A stretch of 61,767 bases of DNA, taken from assembly GCA_903865015.1 (NCBI GenBank), contig CAIPID010000282.1:1-61767 (forward strand). Direction: 5' to 3'. The stretch is from an uncultured beta proteobacterium. GTDB lineage: Bacteria > Pseudomonadota > Gammaproteobacteria > Burkholderiales > Burkholderiaceae_B. Position numbers and translations under genes: made by a program. Shown here piece after piece: positions 58,293 to 61,767 of this stretch. The first letter of the stretch is position 1. The number at the start of each line of letters is the position of its first letter. The notes beneath the pieces are model-generated. The model had not been told where the DNA came from, did not search any database, and saw only the letters and a program-made list of their open reading frames with translations.

Positions 58293-59632
58293 TGCAGCGC
58301 GTTTCACGCATACTCAATCCGGGTGTGCGTGCCCGCGAGATGTGGGCCTGGGCGATGCTCGATTTTGCTAACTCAGGCTACACCACGGTGGTGCTCACTG
58401 CCGTGTTTAGCGCCTACTTTGTAGGCGTGGTTGCAGGGAGCGCGCCTTGGGCCACTTTCGCCTGGACTGCAACACTTTCTGTTTCTTATCTCCTTGTTAT
58501 TTGTAGTCTGCCGTTTCTCACCGCTTACGCTGATGCGCATGCGGCTCGCAGGCGCCTGCTCTTTATTAGCGTTGCAGGGTGTGTGGTGTTTACAGCGCTG
58601 CTCGCGTTGGCAGGACCCGGGGATCTCTGGATCGCCGTGCTATTTGTCGTCTGCTCAAACTACTGCTTTGGTCTGAGTGAGTCTGCCATCGCATCTTTTC
58701 TCCCTACCCTCGCCAGACAAGATTCGCTTGGCCGTGTGAGTGGCATTGGTTGGGGGGTGGGGTATGTCGGAGGATTGTTCGCATTGGGTGTTGCGCTCTG
58801 GCTTGTTACGCAGGGCCAGGCGCAAGGTGTGGGTGCGCGGGTGACGGTCCCTTGGGTGATGCTGTCGACCTCGATTATCTTTGCTTTAGCAACAATACCT
58901 GCGTGGTTCCTGTTGAAAGAACGTGGCGTTGCGCAGTCGAGCGCATTGAACCATGAGCTAAGCGGAATCTGTCAGACACTGGCCCGGATATTTGCTGAAC
59001 TTGGCCGCGATTTTTCTGAGTTTAGAAGACTGTTGTTTTGTATTGTCTGTTATCAAGCGGGCATCTCTGTTGTCATAACGCTGGCAGCCGTTTACGCAGA
59101 GCAGGTGATGGGCTTTAGCATGACGCATACCATCATGCTGATTGTTGCCGTCAATATCGCGGCAGCATTGGGCGCACTATCATTTGGTCATGTTCAGGAT
59201 CGGCTCGGTCACCGACGTGCGCTCGCGCTGGCCCTGATTGGCTGGCTGGTCACTAGTCTGACGGCTTACGCAGCAATCAACGCAGCTGTGTTCTGGTTCG
59301 CAGCCTGCCTGGCTGGCCTCTGTATGGGGACCACGCAAAGTGCTGGACGGGCGATGGTTGGCGCCTTTGCGCCTACAGACAGGTTGTCACGGTTTTTTGG
59401 TTTATGGAGTGTTGCCACACAGCTCGCCGCAGCGATCGGACCCTTAACCTACGGTGGGGTGACCTGGGCGACGGGAGGTAACCAGCGTTTGGCGATGCTC
59501 TGCACGAGCCTGTTTTTTCTTGTTGCGCTGATCATTCTCAAAAATATCTCCTGGGATCGTGCTCAAAAGCAGAGAGATATGTCGTACGCTCTATTTAGTG
59601 TATGTAAGCAAGAAGTAAGAGCATCCGATTAA
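58289..59632 (+). CDS. MFS transporter (UMF1/Atg22-like)
   Basis: WAMLDFANSGY, GRVSGIGWGVGYVGG, about twelve TM segments. Confidence 0.88.
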   Translation: MMQRVSRILNPGVRAREMWAWAMLDFANSGYTTVVLTAVFSAYFVGVVAGSAPWATFAWTATLSVSYLLVICSLPFLTAYADAHAARRRLLFISVAGCVVFTALLALAGPGDLWIAVLFVVCSNYCFGLSESAIASFLPTLARQDSLGRVSGIGWGVGYVGGLFALGVALWLVTQGQAQGVGARVTVPWVMLSTSIIFALATIPAWFLLKERGVAQSSALNHELSGICQTLARIFAELGRDFSEFRRLLFCIVCYQAGISVVITLAAVYAEQVMGFSMTHTIMLIVAVNIAAALGALSFGHVQDRLGHRRALALALIGWLVTSLTAYAAINAAVFWFAACLAGLCMGTTQSAGRAMVGAFAPTDRLSRFFGLWSVATQLAAAIGPLTYGGVTWATGGNQRLAMLCTSLFFLVALIILKNISWDRAQKQRDMSYALFSVCKQEVRASD

Positions 59633-59707
59633 TGTTACGGACGATCCCGTTATAAGTTATGCATAAAAATATTCCAAATTCCCTGGTCAACGAGGAGACC
59701 CCAGTCA

Positions 59708-61687
59708 ATGTCTAATTCAATCGAATCCGTTCTGGTCGAGACGCGTGTTTTTCCGCCTCCACAGGATTTTGTTAAACAAGCAAACGTATCCGGCCAGGCC
59801 GCTTACCAGGCGCTGCTCGATGAGTCAGATCGCGACCCGGATGGTTTTTGGGGGCGCCATGCCCGTGAAAATCTGACCTGGAGCAAGCCGTTTACGCAAG
59901 TGCTGGACGAGTCCAAAGCGCCTTTTTATAAATGGTTTGGCGATGGTGAGCTCAATGTCAGTGAAAACTGCCTGGATGTGAACTTAAAAAATGGTAACGC
60001 TCATAAAGTCGCGATTATTTTTGAAGCCGATGGGGGTGAAGTAAAAAAAGTTACTTACCAGCAGCTCTATGAATTGGTCTGTAAATTCGCAAATGGCTTG
60101 AAATCACTCGGTTATAAAACCGGTGATCGCTCAGTCATTTATTTGCCGATGTCGATCGAAGCCGTCGTCGCGATGCAGGCCTGCGCACGTCTGGGTATTA
60201 CGCACTCTGTCGTGTTTGGAGGATTTTCAGCCAAGAGTTTGCATGAGCGTATTACTGACGTGGGCGCGAGTCTTGTCATTACCGCCGACGAACAAATGCG
60301 CGGCGGTAAGGCGATTTCGCTCAAGCCAGCTGTAGACGAGGCCTTTGCAATGGGGGGTTGTGAGGCCGTCCGTCATTGTGTCGTTTACAAACGCACAGGC
60401 GGCAAAGTCGCCTGGGATGCCAAGCGTGACATCTGGATGCATGAGCTCGCAGATAATCAGTCTGCCGAGTGCGCACCTGTCGCGGTAAATGCGGAGCATC
60501 CGCTTTTCATTCTTTACACCTCGGGCTCGACCGGTAAGCCCAAGGGTGTTCAACATTCCTCAGGTGGTTATTTGCTTTGGGCCAAGCTCACCATGCAATG
60601 GGTGTTTGACGCCAAGGCGAGCGATGTATTCTGGTGCACGGCCGATGTGGGTTGGGTGACGGGCCATACCTACATTACCTATGGCCCTCTGGCTGCGGGT
60701 CTCACACAAATCGTGTTTGAAGGCGTGCCGACTTATCCAGACGCAGGTCGTTTCTGGAAAATGATTCAGGATCATAAAGTCACGATTTTCTACACGGCAC
60801 CGACAGCGATTCGTTCGTTGATCAAAGCCTCGGATGCCAACGATGCGCATCATCCAAAATCTTTTGATCTAAGCAGTCTCAGACTGTTGGGATCGGTGGG
60901 CGAGCCAATTAATCCGGATGCATGGATGTGGTACCACAATAATGTCGGTGGCGGTCGCTGCCCGATAGTTGATACCTGGTGGCAAACCGAGACGGGTGGC
61001 CATATGATCACCCCGTTGCCGGGTGCGACACCGCTGAAACCAGGCTCATGCACAACCCGTCTGCCAGGCATTACCGCAGCAATCGTTGACGAGGCGGGTG
61101 GTGATGTTGAGGCGGGTCATGGTGGATTTCTGGTAATCAAGCGTCCCTGGCCATCCATGATTCGTAACATCTGGGGTGATCCGGATCGTTATATCTCGAG
61201 CTATTTTCCTTCAGAGCTTGGCGGTTACTACCTCGCAGGTGATGGCGCGCAATGCGACAAAGACGGCTGCTTCTGGATCATGGGGCGCATTGACGATGTG
61301 CTGAATGTTTCCGGTCATCGTCTGGGCACAATGGAAGTCGAATCCGCCCTAGTCTCGCATGAGTTGGTCGCTGAGGCTGCTGTGGTGGGGCGTCCTGATG
61401 CAACGACTGGCGAGGCGGTCGTCGCGTTTGTGGTGCTCAAGCGCTCATGCCCCGAGGGTGAGGAGGCGATTGCAATTGGCAAACAACTACGCGACTGGGT
61501 GGCCAAGGAAATCGGCCCAATTGCCAAACCTAAAGAGATTCGCTTTGGTGATAATTTACCGAAGACGCGTTCTGGCAAGATTATGCGTCGCTTATTGCGC
61601 GTAGTCGCCAAGGGCGAAAAAATTACGCAGGATGTATCGACACTCGAAAATCCAGCCATTCTGGATCAGCTTTCATCACCAGTTTGA
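59708..61687 (+). CDS. acs: acetyl-CoA synthetase
   Basis: [33 protein letters not shown]. Confidence 0.97.
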   Translation: MSNSIESVLVETRVFPPPQDFVKQANVSGQAAYQALLDESDRDPDGFWGRHARENLTWSKPFTQVLDESKAPFYKWFGDGELNVSENCLDVNLKNGNAHKVAIIFEADGGEVKKVTYQQLYELVCKFANGLKSLGYKTGDRSVIYLPMSIEAVVAMQACARLGITHSVVFGGFSAKSLHERITDVGASLVITADEQMRGGKAISLKPAVDEAFAMGGCEAVRHCVVYKRTGGKVAWDAKRDIWMHELADNQSAECAPVAVNAEHPLFILYTSGSTGKPKGVQHSSGGYLLWAKLTMQWVFDAKASDVFWCTADVGWVTGHTYITYGPLAAGLTQIVFEGVPTYPDAGRFWKMIQDHKVTIFYTAPTAIRSLIKASDANDAHHPKSFDLSSLRLLGSVGEPINPDAWMWYHNNVGGGRCPIVDTWWQTETGGHMITPLPGATPLKPGSCTTRLPGITAAIVDEAGGDVEAGHGGFLVIKRPWPSMIRNIWGDPDRYISSYFPSELGGYYLAGDGAQCDKDGCFWIMGRIDDVLNVSGHRLGTMEVESALVSHELVAEAAVVGRPDATTGEAVVAFVVLKRSCPEGEEAIAIGKQLRDWVAKEIGPIAKPKEIRFGDNLPKTRSGKIMRRLLRVVAKGEKITQDVSTLENPAILDQLSSPV

Positions 61688-61725
61688 TCGGACTGCATGA
61701 ACGTTTTACCGATGAGTGAGTATTT

Positions 61726-61756
61726 CGGGGATCTGGATTCAGATCCCCGTTTTTTT
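61726..61756 (+). terminator. intrinsic terminator after acs
   Basis: CGGGGATCTG-GATT-CAGATCCCCG-TTTTTTT. Confidence 0.9.
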
Positions 61757-61767
61757 CTTCTCTTTAC

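Noticed and set aside
1-61767. CRISPR array, tRNA/rRNA, IS element, integrase or prophage genes
   Set aside because: No regularly spaced repeats, RNA-gene signatures or transposase/phage motifs were seen, and nearly all sequence is explained by CDSs.

Overview
Chromosomal window from a betaproteobacterium, most likely Alcaligenaceae (Bordetella/Achromobacter-like gene order, five Bug/TctC solute receptors, short RecO; this assignment is inferred). Positions 1-17828 are core housekeeping: amiD (missed by the ORF track), a methyltransferase, maf, yceD-rpmF-plsX-fabH-fabD-fabG-acpP-fabF, a YgfX-like gene, rpoE-rseA-rseB-degP and lepA-lepB-rnc-era-recO. About 17.8-50.7 kb is an accessory-looking transport/catabolic region with no mobility genes: ClC, Bug receptors, a phosphatase, a GntR-linked acyl-CoA/ThDP cluster, phaZ/GST/cupin, a desaturase, a Nudix-MBL fusion, a liv-type ABC system and a porin. 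Positions 50.8-61.7 kb are core again: yccA, holC, pepA, cysB, DUF2325, NlpC/P60, prpE, a GlcG-like gene, an MFS gene and acs. No tRNA, rRNA, CRISPR array or IS was seen. The most interesting observations are a very divergent isocitrate-dehydrogenase-like enzyme with a rewritten coenzyme site, two back-to-back sigma54 promoters forming one palindrome between phaZ and a GST, a long G.U-rich RNA hairpin between acpP and fabF, a racemase-fold protein lacking both catalytic cysteines, and the absence of lptFG and pdxJ-acpS from their usual loci. All motif calls and alignments were done by eye.
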